From positions 32,001 to 96,000 of the IMG/VR virus record IMGVR_UViG_3300045988_011313: a DNA stretch of 64,000 bases; one strand, written 5' to 3'. Made by a program: the position numbers and the translations under genes. The notes under the pieces are model-generated. The model worked only from the letters and a program-made list of their open reading frames with translations, was not told the origin of the DNA and searched no databases. This document shows positions 7,705-14,205 of this stretch, one piece after another; positions within the stretch are counted from its first letter, which is position 1; each line of letters opens with the position of its first letter. This stretch comes from a virus.

Positions 7705-7781
7705 TACTGGCAGAGGGGATTGAACCCACATGCAACCTATTACCCTTTCTACTGTGTATAAGACAGAGGGGATATGCCAGT
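7705..7781 (-). tRNA. Non-canonical 77-nt tRNA-like gene, anticodon loop CTTATAC (TAT, Ile/AUA); no canonical D-arm
   Basis: Perfect 7-bp acceptor ACTGGCA/TGCCAGT and T-arm GTGGG-TTCAATC-CCCTC. The acceptor is followed directly by an extended anticodon helix (CCC..CTGT-loop-ACAG..GGG), then a mini-hairpin GTAA-TAGG-TTGC. Confidence 0.5.
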
Positions 7782-7788
7782 ATATTGG

Positions 7789-7862
7789 GGTGTTAGATGG
7801 GATTTGAACCCACGCCATAAGGAGCCACAATCCTCTGCTCTACCTGACTGAGCTACTAACAC
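7789..7862 (-). tRNA. tRNA-His(GTG)
   Basis: Acceptor GTGTTAG/CTAACAC, C73, anticodon loop TTGTGGC. Confidence 0.8.
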
Positions 7863-7864
7863 AG

Positions 7865-7936
7865 TGCTGATGGAAAGACTCGAACTTTCAACTACTGCCT
7901 TATGAGAGCAGCCTTCTACCATTGAAGTACATCAAC
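7865..7936 (-). tRNA. tRNA-Met(CAT), elongator type (or Ile2 if lysidine-modified)
   Basis: Fully paired acceptor GTTGATG/CATCAGC; anticodon arm CTGCT-CTCATAA-GGCAG. Confidence 0.75.
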
Positions 7937-7957
7937 TATTACTCTTCTTGACCAATG

Positions 7958-8034
7958 TTGGGATGGTGAGAATTGAACTCACCTGTAACCAACTACTCTT
8001 TCAGCTGCTTATCAGACAGAGGAGATACATCCCA
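7958..8034 (-). tRNA. Non-canonical 77-nt tRNA-like gene, anticodon loop CTGATAA (GAT, Ile); paralog of 7705-7781
   Basis: Acceptor TGGGATG/CATCCCA and T-arm GTGAG-TTCAATT-CTCAC, with the same D-arm-less layout as its paralog. Compensatory changes relative to the paralog: CCC/GGG becomes CTC/GAG, and GTAA/TTGC becomes GTAG/TTAC. Confidence 0.5.
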
Positions 8035-8039
8035 ATATG

Positions 8040-8112
8040 CTGAGAAGATAGGAATTGAACCCATAACTGCTGGTTTTGGAGACCAGTGCTCTACCAATTG
8101 AGCTACTTCCCA
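8040..8112 (-). tRNA. tRNA-Trp(CCA)
   Basis: Acceptor TGGGAAG/CTTCTCA, G73, anticodon arm CTGGT-CTCCAAA-ACCAG. Confidence 0.8.
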
Positions 8113-8121
8113 ATTACTTAG

Positions 8122-8194
8122 TTGCAGGTAGTGGATTTGCACCACTGGTCTCCCCATTAAGGGTAGGGCGAGATTACTACTTCTCTAACCTGCT
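8122..8194 (-). tRNA. Atypical tRNA-like gene (anticodon loop CCCTTAA; possible pseudogene)
   Basis: The cloverleaf folds (D GAGA/TCTC, anticodon stem CCCTA/TGGGG, T-stem AGTGG/CCACT). It has an A1.A72 mismatch, C at position 33, and T-loop TGCAAAT (G55). Confidence 0.4.
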
Positions 8195-8303
8195 AAAACA
8201 TCAAATCATTGATTACTTCTTCTTATTGCACTCAGAGAACTTTCAGAAATGATGTCATCAAGTATTGCAAGCTACTTGACTAAACTTCTTGCAAAAGTTT
8301 TTG

Positions 8304-8375
8304 CGGGACCTGTAAGACTCGAACTTACATCTAAGGGTTAACAGCCCCTTGTTCTAACCTTTGAACTAAAGACCC
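8304..8375 (-). tRNA. tRNA-Asn(GTT)
   Basis: Anticodon arm AGGGG-CTGTTAA-CCCTT; T-arm GTAAG-TTCGAGT-CTTAC; one T.T mismatch in the acceptor stem. Confidence 0.75.
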
Positions 8376-8382
8376 ATTTATG

Positions 8383-8456
8383 TTGCTCCTATTAGAATTG
8401 AACTAATGACCTTTTCCTTGTAAGGGAACTATTCTAAACCACTGAACTAAGGAGCA
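8383..8456 (-). tRNA. tRNA-Val(TAC)
   Basis: Acceptor TGCTCCT/AGGAGCA; anticodon loop CTTACAA. Confidence 0.75.
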
Positions 8457-8462
8457 TTGATA

Positions 8463-8490
8463 GGGCAGTTTCTTTAACCTCTAACTGCCC
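8463..8490. other. 8-bp GC-rich hairpin between tRNA-Ala and tRNA-Val
   Basis: GGGCAGTT-N12-AACTGCCC. There is no U-tract on the transcribed strand. Confidence 0.4.
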
Positions 8491-8542
8491 AAAAGATGGT
8501 TCAAGCAAAAGCTCAACATTATGAAAACATGAAAACATAGTG

Positions 8543-8616
8543 TGGACCTTGTGAGATTTGAACTCCTCTAAAACATTGCAAATGTCTTGTGCTAACCTGA
8601 TTACACTACAAAGCCC
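8543..8616 (-). tRNA. tRNA-Ala(TGC)
   Basis: Acceptor GGGCTTT/AAGGTCC with the G3.U70 identity pair; anticodon loop TTTGCAA. The T-stem is weak (3 good pairs). Confidence 0.7.
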
Positions 8617-8621
8617 ATTAG

Positions 8622-8694
8622 TATGGGTACTTGGACTTGAACCAAGGACAACTGGCTCCCAAAGCCAGCATTCTACCTACTGAATTACACCCAT
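8622..8694 (-). tRNA. tRNA-Pro(TGG)
   Basis: Acceptor ATGGGTG/TACCCAT; anticodon arm CTGGC-TTTGGGA-GCCAG. Confidence 0.8.
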
Positions 8695-8700
8695 ATATTG

Positions 8701-8786
8701 CGGAGAGCATTGTACTCGAAACAAATACCTTATTAGGGTACTCACTATTTAGCAGATAGGACTATCACCTTGATAGTTTACTCTCC
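8701..8786 (-). tRNA. tRNA-Ser(GCT), class II
   Basis: Acceptor GGAGAGT/GCTCTCC, G73, anticodon loop CTGCTAA, variable-arm hairpin GTACC/GGTAT. Confidence 0.7.
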
Positions 8787-8827
8787 ATACTTTCCTTCAC
8801 CAATATGTCAAAGAACACCTATTATTG

Positions 8828-8912
8828 CGGAGAGATGAGGTCCCGACCCCCAAGCATTTTACTGCTCCCATTGTTTTCAAGACAAGTCCCAGTCCCACTG
8901 AGTTACCTCTCC
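8828..8912 (-). tRNA. tRNA-Ser(TGA), class II
   Basis: Acceptor GGAGAGG/TCTCTCC, G73, anticodon loop CTTGAAA, variable arm GAGCA/TGCTT, unusual T-loop GTCGGGA. Confidence 0.7.
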
Positions 8913-8966
8913 ATTGCCTACCTACCTCTGTAGGATAGGACTTCAGTAGATTAAAAGTGGATTAGC

Positions 8967-9037
8967 AGGATGTGGGAGAATTGAACTCCAATCTTCTGAT
9001 TGACAGTCAGACACATTAACCACTATGCTACACACCC
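8967..9037 (-). tRNA. tRNA-Asp(GTC)
   Basis: Acceptor GGGTGTG/CACATCC; anticodon arm TCTGA-CTGTCAA-TCAGA. The T-stem appears to be only 4 bp. Confidence 0.7.
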
Positions 9038-9044
9038 TAAGTTG

Positions 9045-9116
9045 TAGAGCTATTGGGAATTGAACCCAAGTTTCTGCCTTGAGAGAGCAGTTACCTATCC
9101 ACTAGTAGATAGCTCT
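9045..9116 (-). tRNA. tRNA-Glu(CTC)
   Basis: Acceptor AGAGCTA/TAGCTCT; anticodon arm CTGCT-CTCTCAA-GGCAG; T-arm TTGGG-TTCAATT-CCCAA. Confidence 0.75.
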
Positions 9117-9122
9117 ATATTG

Positions 9123-9196
9123 TATTGGGTATGGGGCTTGAACCCATAATCTCCACATTGAAAGTGTGGTGACTTAACCACTTCGTCTAACCCAAC
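9123..9196 (-). tRNA. tRNA-Glu(TTC)
   Basis: Acceptor GTTGGGT/ACCCAAT; anticodon arm CCACA-CTTTCAA-TGTGG. Confidence 0.75.
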
Positions 9197-9202
9197 ATTT
9201 AG

Positions 9203-9274
9203 TACCCCCTGAGGGAATTGAACCCCCATTAAAGGCTTAGAAGGCCCTTGCATTATCCATTATACTAAGAGGGC
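9203..9274 (-). tRNA. tRNA-Arg(TCT)
   Basis: Acceptor GCCCTCT/AGGGGGT; anticodon arm AGGGC-CTTCTAA-GCCTT. Confidence 0.8.
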
Positions 9275-9291
9275 ATTTACCTTTACTATTG

Positions 9292-9364
9292 TTACCCCAA
9301 TAAGACTTGAACTTATGTTACAGGAGCCAAAATCCCGTGTAATAACCAACTATACTATGGGGCA
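9292..9364 (-). tRNA. tRNA-Gln(TTG)
   Basis: Acceptor TGCCCCA/TGGGGTA; anticodon arm CGGGA-TTTTGGC-TCCTG. Confidence 0.8.
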
Positions 9365-9411
9365 ATAAAAAAGGAATGTTACTCTAAACAACTGGTTAAA
9401 GTAACATTCCT
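9365..9411 (-). terminator. Intrinsic-terminator-like hairpin plus U-tract immediately upstream of the tRNA array
   Basis: 11-bp stem AGGAATGTTAC/GTAACATTCCT (9372-9382 / 9401-9411). On the minus strand it is followed by TTTTTTATT. Confidence 0.55.
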
Positions 9412-9458
9412 AGCAATGGAAATTTCCTAAAACCAATCTCTCTTTCTTAATTGCTCTG

Positions 9459-9491
9459 CAAAGGTAAGCAAAATATTTGAAACCACCAAAC
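9459..9491 (-). promoter_or_regulatory. Bacteroidota sigma-A-type promoter (minus strand)
   Basis: The minus strand reads GTTTGG-N20-TACCTTTGCA (-33 TTTG, -7 TAnnTTTG). Confidence 0.5.
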
Positions 9492-9578
9492 TTTTTCCCA
9501 ATTATTTTTAATTCAAGCATCATTTTCTTGTCATGAAGGAGTAAAGTTGTGCTTTGGTTTAGGTCTAATCTATATTCT

Positions 9579-9980
9579 TTAAGTAATTCCTACTAACTTG
9601 TTAGCCCAAGATTCAGTATAAAAACTGTAGTAGTTCCACTTAATTCCTATCTTACTACATAGATAATGCACTATGTTATGTAGTAATGATGGGATTCCTA
9701 TTACTATCAAATATAGTGGACCTAATATATCAGATTGCTTACTATGACCACATTCATGTTGGATAGACTCTTGTAATGACATAGGATTCACAAAGAGGTA
9801 ATCTCCTAATGACATAGCTGAAGGTAGAGCAATATTTACTATAATAGTATTACCATCTGCCTTACCTTCTCTGTATGCAGCTTGGCACAATATACCCTCT
9901 ATACATAAAGCAAGTATATTCTGTGGAAATTGCCACAGCCACTTAATAGAATCCTTAAAGTAATTACTTATCTTCTTCAT
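9579..9980 (-). CDS. Small HExxH (zincin-like) membrane-associated protein (133 aa)
   Basis: HECGH motif (ESIQHECGHSKQSD) flanked by hydrophobic segments. Confidence 0.45.
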   Translation of the reverse strand: MKKISNYFKDSIKWLWQFPQNILALCIEGILCQAAYREGKADGNTIIVNIALPSAMSLGDYLFVNPMSLQESIQHECGHSKQSDILGPLYLIVIGIPSLLHNIVHYLCSKIGIKWNYYSFYTESWANKLVGIT

Positions 9981-10268
9981 TCTTGTATACAGTAATATCC
10001 CTGAAGCTTTGTTATGGCTTCATAAGAGTTATTTTTAATCTCCTTTTAACTACTAACTTCATTAGACCAGTTCTTGATTATACCCCTATAGCATGATTCC
10101 CTGTGCATTTTCTCAGGTGGATGTGCTCATGCAATCTAATTTATATAGTAGCAATTTTAGTAGTATTGGGGACAACCTCCTCTCTATGTAAGGTGAGAGT
10201 ACTAACCCAACTTCTAACCCATTACTTTTTAACCTCATGGGTGAAAGGTTAATCCACCATTAACCTCT
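9981..10268 (-). ncRNA. About 290-nt structured leader or ncRNA between the promoter at 10278-10310 and the ATG at 9980
   Basis: No ORF above 45 codons. Several strong local helices on the minus-strand RNA: AGGUUAAU-GGUGG-AUUAACCU, ACCCAU..AUGGGU, CUCUC..GAGAG, GCAUGA..UCAUGC, GAAGC..GCUUC. Confidence 0.35.
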
Positions 10269-10277
10269 ACTGGGGTG

Positions 10278-10310
10278 CAAAGGTAAGTAAAAATTTTGAT
10301 ATATGCAAAT
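10278..10310 (-). promoter_or_regulatory. Bacteroidota sigma-A-type promoter (minus strand)
   Basis: The minus strand reads TTTGCA-N-TACCTTTGCA, with 20 nt between TTTG and TA. Confidence 0.5.
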
Positions 10311-10419
10311 ATATAAATAAAAAATTTATTGCATAAAAAATAATTTTTTTTTTTTAATTTTTTTTTTCTATTGTATTTTTAGGAGTGGTACTTACACCAA
10401 CCACACCCTCCCCATCACT

Positions 10420-10450
10420 TAGCCCAAGGGGGTCCTACCCCCGTAGGCTA
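10420..10450 (+). other. GC-rich two-tier hairpin in the leader of the first plus-strand gene
   Basis: TAGCC-CAA-GGGGG-TCCTA-CCCCC-GTA-GGCTA. There is no U-tract on either strand. Confidence 0.5.
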
Positions 10451-10486
10451 AAATTAACATTATTAACAATTTAACATTTTATCATT

Positions 10487-10744
10487 ATGGGAAATCTAAC
10501 TTTCAATGACACTCTGACAGTAGAGCAGTTCAAGGCACAAATGAATGTATCACGCATTGATGTGAAGAAGAATCCTAAGACAGGCAAGCTCTTCTTCACC
10601 TATGGTGCAAAGACAGGAGCAGTTGCAGTCAAGGGTATTCCAGCACATCCTATGCTGAGCAATGTCACTGGCTCTGATGGTAGCTCATTCTGGTTGCTCC
10701 ATGAGGAGGGACAGGGTGGTGCCCCTGTATTGGCAAGCTTCTAA
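10487..10744 (+). CDS. Hypothetical early protein (85 aa), GC-richer than its surroundings
   Basis: ORF track. It is the first gene of the plus-strand block and is bracketed by a hairpin and a terminator. Confidence 0.7.
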   Translation: MGNLTFNDTLTVEQFKAQMNVSRIDVKKNPKTGKLFFTYGAKTGAVAVKGIPAHPMLSNVTGSDGSSFWLLHEEGQGGAPVLASF

Positions 10745-10751
10745 GCAGGAA

Positions 10752-10786
10752 GGCAACAGGCAGGAATGCCTGTTTGCCTTTTCATT
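10752..10786 (+). terminator. Intrinsic terminator
   Basis: Stem GGCAACAGGC / GCCTGTTTGCC (one bulge) followed by TTTTCATTT. Confidence 0.6.
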
Positions 10787-10823
10787 TCCTCTGAGCATTA
10801 ATAGTATTTAAGATAATTTAAGG

Positions 10824-11069
10824 ATGAAAGAAGAATTAGATATGCTCTTTCTATTGGAGCATTTCAGTCTTAAAGATTTAGTAAAGGCTGAAGAAGAGTA
10901 TGTTAATTATGAATATGCTAACACCGACAATATTGTTGAGTGTTATTCTGATGTAGAAGAGTATATAAATGATGAATGTACAGAAACTATTACAACAAGA
11001 GAGTATTCAACCTCTATTTATACTAGTTGGATGAATCTTTCATTTGAATCTTTAATATTCAATGATTAG
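10824..11069 (+). CDS. Hypothetical acidic protein (81 aa)
   Basis: ORF track. Confidence 0.55.
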   Translation: MKEELDMLFLLEHFSLKDLVKAEEEYVNYEYANTDNIVECYSDVEEYINDECTETITTREYSTSIYTSWMNLSFESLIFND

Positions 11070-11669
11070 AGGAAACTCTATTTACATCTCTTCCTGACAA
11101 GAGGATTAGAGAGGTAAGTAGAGTGTTTAGGAGTTCAGTGCATTGAGTAAGTAGGATAGGATAATAGAGTGTGGAATACACTTTATGTCCTATCTTCCTT
11201 GTTTTGTATTGAATGTAACTTGTTGATTTATTGAGAGTTAATAGTATGGATTGACATATTGTCAGATGTGTGACATTATATCACTACCTCACAATTATTA
11301 CCTCATTACAATCAGCAACAAAGAACAATCATCCAATAATGTATGACTGTTTTTACTGTTACAGTGATAATACAAAACTACACTCCAACAAACAAACAAT
11401 TGAACAAACACATATTAATTGTTGTTAAAATGTCTTCAATTAGTACCAATAATATTGAGAGGTGCTACTGAAATTGGGTGCAGATGTGAAGAATAGTACG
11501 CTATTACAGGACTGTGGTGAGAGTGATATTAATTACTCAATAAACTTAGTGATGATAAAAAGGACAGAATCAACATAAAATTGCACAGAGAGTAAGAAGG
11601 TTTAGAAACTAAATATATTAGGTCAGAATTAAGACATATAAAAGGCAACAACTAATATTATATGATTTA

Positions 11670-11740
11670 GGAGGTATTAGTACAATGTTAGTACATAACT
11701 TATTGCAGTTATATGGTAGTTCAAGTCTATCATACCTCCC
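11670..11740 (+). ncRNA. Degenerate tRNA-like element
   Basis: Acceptor GGAGGTA/TACCTCC (or G-1 plus GAGGTAT/ATACCTC, C73), D GTAC/GTAC, T-arm GGTAG-TTCAAGT-CTATC. The anticodon stem ATAACT/AGTTAT closes a 6-nt loop TATTGC, and the variable region is too short. Confidence 0.35.
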
Positions 11741-11769
11741 TTTTTATCAACTTATAAACAAACAATCAA

Positions 11770-12093
11770 ATGAGCAAACAAGCATCTTACAATGGCATAC
11801 TTTATCAGATAGAGTATCAGCCACAACTGTCAAACAATGATTACACACAACACAAAGTGTATCATATCAAGACAGAAGAAGAGAATTATGGCAAATCAAG
11901 AAAAGCTATTGCATCCATCATGGAAGATGAGCTTGGTTACACACAAGGATATTTATGGTCTGCGGGTGAATATCATATAAAGAATACACAGCAGCCATCT
12001 ATAATTAATGGTTTGCATCCATACTATAAATTCACCTATGATGAGGACTTGGATGTATATGTATTTACACTTGTTATACCTTATGATGATTGA
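11770..12093 (+). CDS. Hypothetical protein (107 aa)
   Basis: ORF track; its stop overlaps the next start. Confidence 0.7.
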   Translation: MSKQASYNGILYQIEYQPQLSNNDYTQHKVYHIKTEEENYGKSRKAIASIMEDELGYTQGYLWSAGEYHIKNTQQPSIINGLHPYYKFTYDEDLDVYVFTLVIPYDD

Positions 12094-12281
12094 GTATGAG
12101 CAGTGTTAGAGGAATAAAGAAAGTCTTGAAGAATAGTAAAGGCTTTTGCACTATAGTAGGTAAAAATGGTATGTGTGCTTGCATTTCAGAGTGGAATACT
12201 ATAAAGTATCACAAACATGGAGTATCTGTTAGTGATTCAGTATATGTACCATATAAACTTATCAAAGGAATAGGATTATGA
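12090..12281 (+). CDS. Hypothetical protein (63 aa)
   Basis: ORF track; ATGA-type coupling on both sides. Confidence 0.6.
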   Translation: MSMSSVRGIKKVLKNSKGFCTIVGKNGMCACISEWNTIKYHKHGVSVSDSVYVPYKLIKGIGL

Positions 12282-12469
12282 CCACAAACAAACAGAAAGC
12301 TGCTGTTCACTTTTGTGAGCAGTGGCTTAATGTCACCTTCAGTGGTGATATTAACAATTTCCAACAGGTAAGTAATTTTCTCTCAGAGTATTTAGAGGAA
12401 GCCAAACTGACTTATAGTGAAATTGCATGTGAGTATGAATCATATTTATGGGACTTAATGATGGACTAA
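12278..12469 (+). CDS. Hypothetical protein (63 aa)
   Basis: ORF track; coupled to its neighbours. Confidence 0.6.
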   Translation: MTTNKQKAAVHFCEQWLNVTFSGDINNFQQVSNFLSEYLEEAKLTYSEIACEYESYLWDLMMD

Positions 12470-12472
12470 GTT

Positions 12473-12709
12473 ATGGCAAGATATAGAATAAACCCAAATG
12501 CTATATGTAGTTCAGAGAACTACAAGCAATCAAAGAAATTACACATGGATATGTTGAAGAGAAATCATAAAGTATTCATAGAAATGGTAATAAAGGAAAG
12601 AATAGTTATCAAGAAACAGGCATACATCAAAGTATTTGGTAACTTGATAGCTATTACTCCAAGTGAAGTAGCAAGATTTAAAAAGGAGATGACTATAATA
12701 TGGAAGTAA
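12473..12709 (+). CDS. Hypothetical basic protein (78 aa)
   Basis: ORF track. Confidence 0.6.
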   Translation: MARYRINPNAICSSENYKQSKKLHMDMLKRNHKVFIEMVIKERIVIKKQAYIKVFGNLIAITPSEVARFKKEMTIIWK

Positions 12710-12772
12710 TACTATTCATAGTGGCTTTGGTATTCCATGCCATAGTTCTTTACATCATATTTAGTTGCTTCA

Positions 12773-13003
12773 ATGACAATTAGAGAGTTATATATCTTTG
12801 CTCAATCTCATGCTCTTCTTGACAAGAGTGTGGGATTGGTCATTGATGAATATATAAAGCACATCTCTGTGCATAATGATACCTTAGCTCATAGCAGCAT
12901 TATGAATAATCAAGGCAATGAATCTGTGAGTAAGTCTAACATAGACTATAAGAATAAGGTAGAGTTTAGTACAGAAGATGTGCTTGAGTTATTTTCAACT
13001 TAA
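12773..13003 (+). CDS. Hypothetical protein (76 aa)
   Basis: ORF track. Confidence 0.55.
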   Translation: MTIRELYIFAQSHALLDKSVGLVIDEYIKHISVHNDTLAHSSIMNNQGNESVSKSNIDYKNKVEFSTEDVLELFST

Positions 13004-13020
13004 CAAACAATTAAACAAAA

Positions 13021-13257
13021 ATGAACAAATTTAAGCTTATACTCAAAGGCATATTGTTATGGACAACAGCCTTTGTGACTATACTCTTTGTAGCAGGAGT
13101 AGATAGCATCTATGACAATGGATATTTCTTTCTGACTACAATTGTTGCAGTAATGGTACTCTGTTGCTACAAGCTAATCTCAGAGGAAGAGTTTGAAGTA
13201 TTGTCTTTGTACATATGGTTTAACAAAATAATAGGAGAAGAATCATGCGGACAGTAG
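13021..13257 (+). CDS. Small membrane protein (78 aa)
   Basis: Two hydrophobic helices. Confidence 0.6.
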   Translation: MNKFKLILKGILLWTTAFVTILFVAGVDSIYDNGYFFLTTIVAVMVLCCYKLISEEEFEVLSLYIWFNKIIGEESCGQ

Positions 13258-14009
13258 CTGTAATTTTCACAGATAGGAGAATACCTCTTAGTGAGGTATC
13301 TTCCTACAAAAAGTACAAATTCTTGTGCAACTATGATATTATATCATCACTTGATATGATAGAAGACCCAAGATACAATAGTAAGATGATGGTAGTAGGG
13401 TTTACTTGTGATACTGATAGAGTTCAACAAGGAATAACACTGAAAGACATCTACATTACCAAGGTAAATGGACAAGTTATTATCCAGCCTGCTGGATTGG
13501 TTAATGGTAGCTTGGTAGGAAGTGATTTTGACATTGACAAACAAAGAACAAATAACATGGAAGAGAAAAGAAACATCAAGGTAACACTTGAACAGGCAAT
13601 GGAGTGGTATAATAGTGGTAATAGTACATTGCGTACATTAGCACTGAGTGCATATACTGAGGATGAATTGAAGTTCAACTTCAAATACATCAGCAGTAAA
13701 GTATGCAGTACAATAGGCTTCTGTGCCAATGTCCCTGCTGGTGAAGCAGAGAAGTATAATACACTTGCAGACTTGGCAATCCTTGCTAAGTTCTTCAATT
13801 GCTATTGGAGAAAAACTACAAGCAATACAGGATATTTCCTTGGCAAGTATAACAGAGGCAATGGTCCTGTAGTTGATGTTTGCAATGGTGTTGGTGTGTA
13901 TGAGCACAATACTGTACAGTATGCAGGTGTTGTATACTTCAAAAATCAAAAAGATGCAATCAAAGCAGTCAAGATTCTTGGTGATAGAGTGAAAAACTTA
14001 TTTGATTAG
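13245..14009 (+). CDS. Hypothetical protein (254 aa)
   Basis: ORF track. The three antisense ORFs inside it are rejected. Confidence 0.75.
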   Translation: MRTVAVIFTDRRIPLSEVSSYKKYKFLCNYDIISSLDMIEDPRYNSKMMVVGFTCDTDRVQQGITLKDIYITKVNGQVIIQPAGLVNGSLVGSDFDIDKQRTNNMEEKRNIKVTLEQAMEWYNSGNSTLRTLALSAYTEDELKFNFKYISSKVCSTIGFCANVPAGEAEKYNTLADLAILAKFFNCYWRKTTSNTGYFLGKYNRGNGPVVDVCNGVGVYEHNTVQYAGVVYFKNQKDAIKAVKILGDRVKNLFD

Positions 14010-14205
14010 AACATTAAATTGTATGATTATGGAGATTCCAGAAATTCCAGAAATTTGGTATAGTTAGGAGAACCAAAGCATTTAATAGAGGCTCATGGTT
14101 GTTATTACACACAAAGTGGGTTTTAGATTGGACGGATGATTTAAGAGATTTCTGTAATAATTATTCGTCCAATCATTATACTTACAATATTTATTTAATA
14201 GAGCA

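Noticed and set aside
4804-9364. Periodic 70-90-nt units that could mimic a CRISPR or other tandem-repeat array
   Set aside because: Each unit folds as a distinct tRNA with a different sequence. There are no identical repeats with unique spacers.
13347-13949. Three minus-strand ORFs inside 13245-14009
   Set aside because: They are antisense to a longer plus-strand ORF within a uniformly plus-strand block, and they have a hydrophobic low-complexity composition.
14036-14070. Tandem attccagaa x2 with a short ORF MIMEIPEIPEIWYS
   Set aside because: There are only two copies and the ORF is 14 codons, which is most simply a chance duplication in an intergenic segment.
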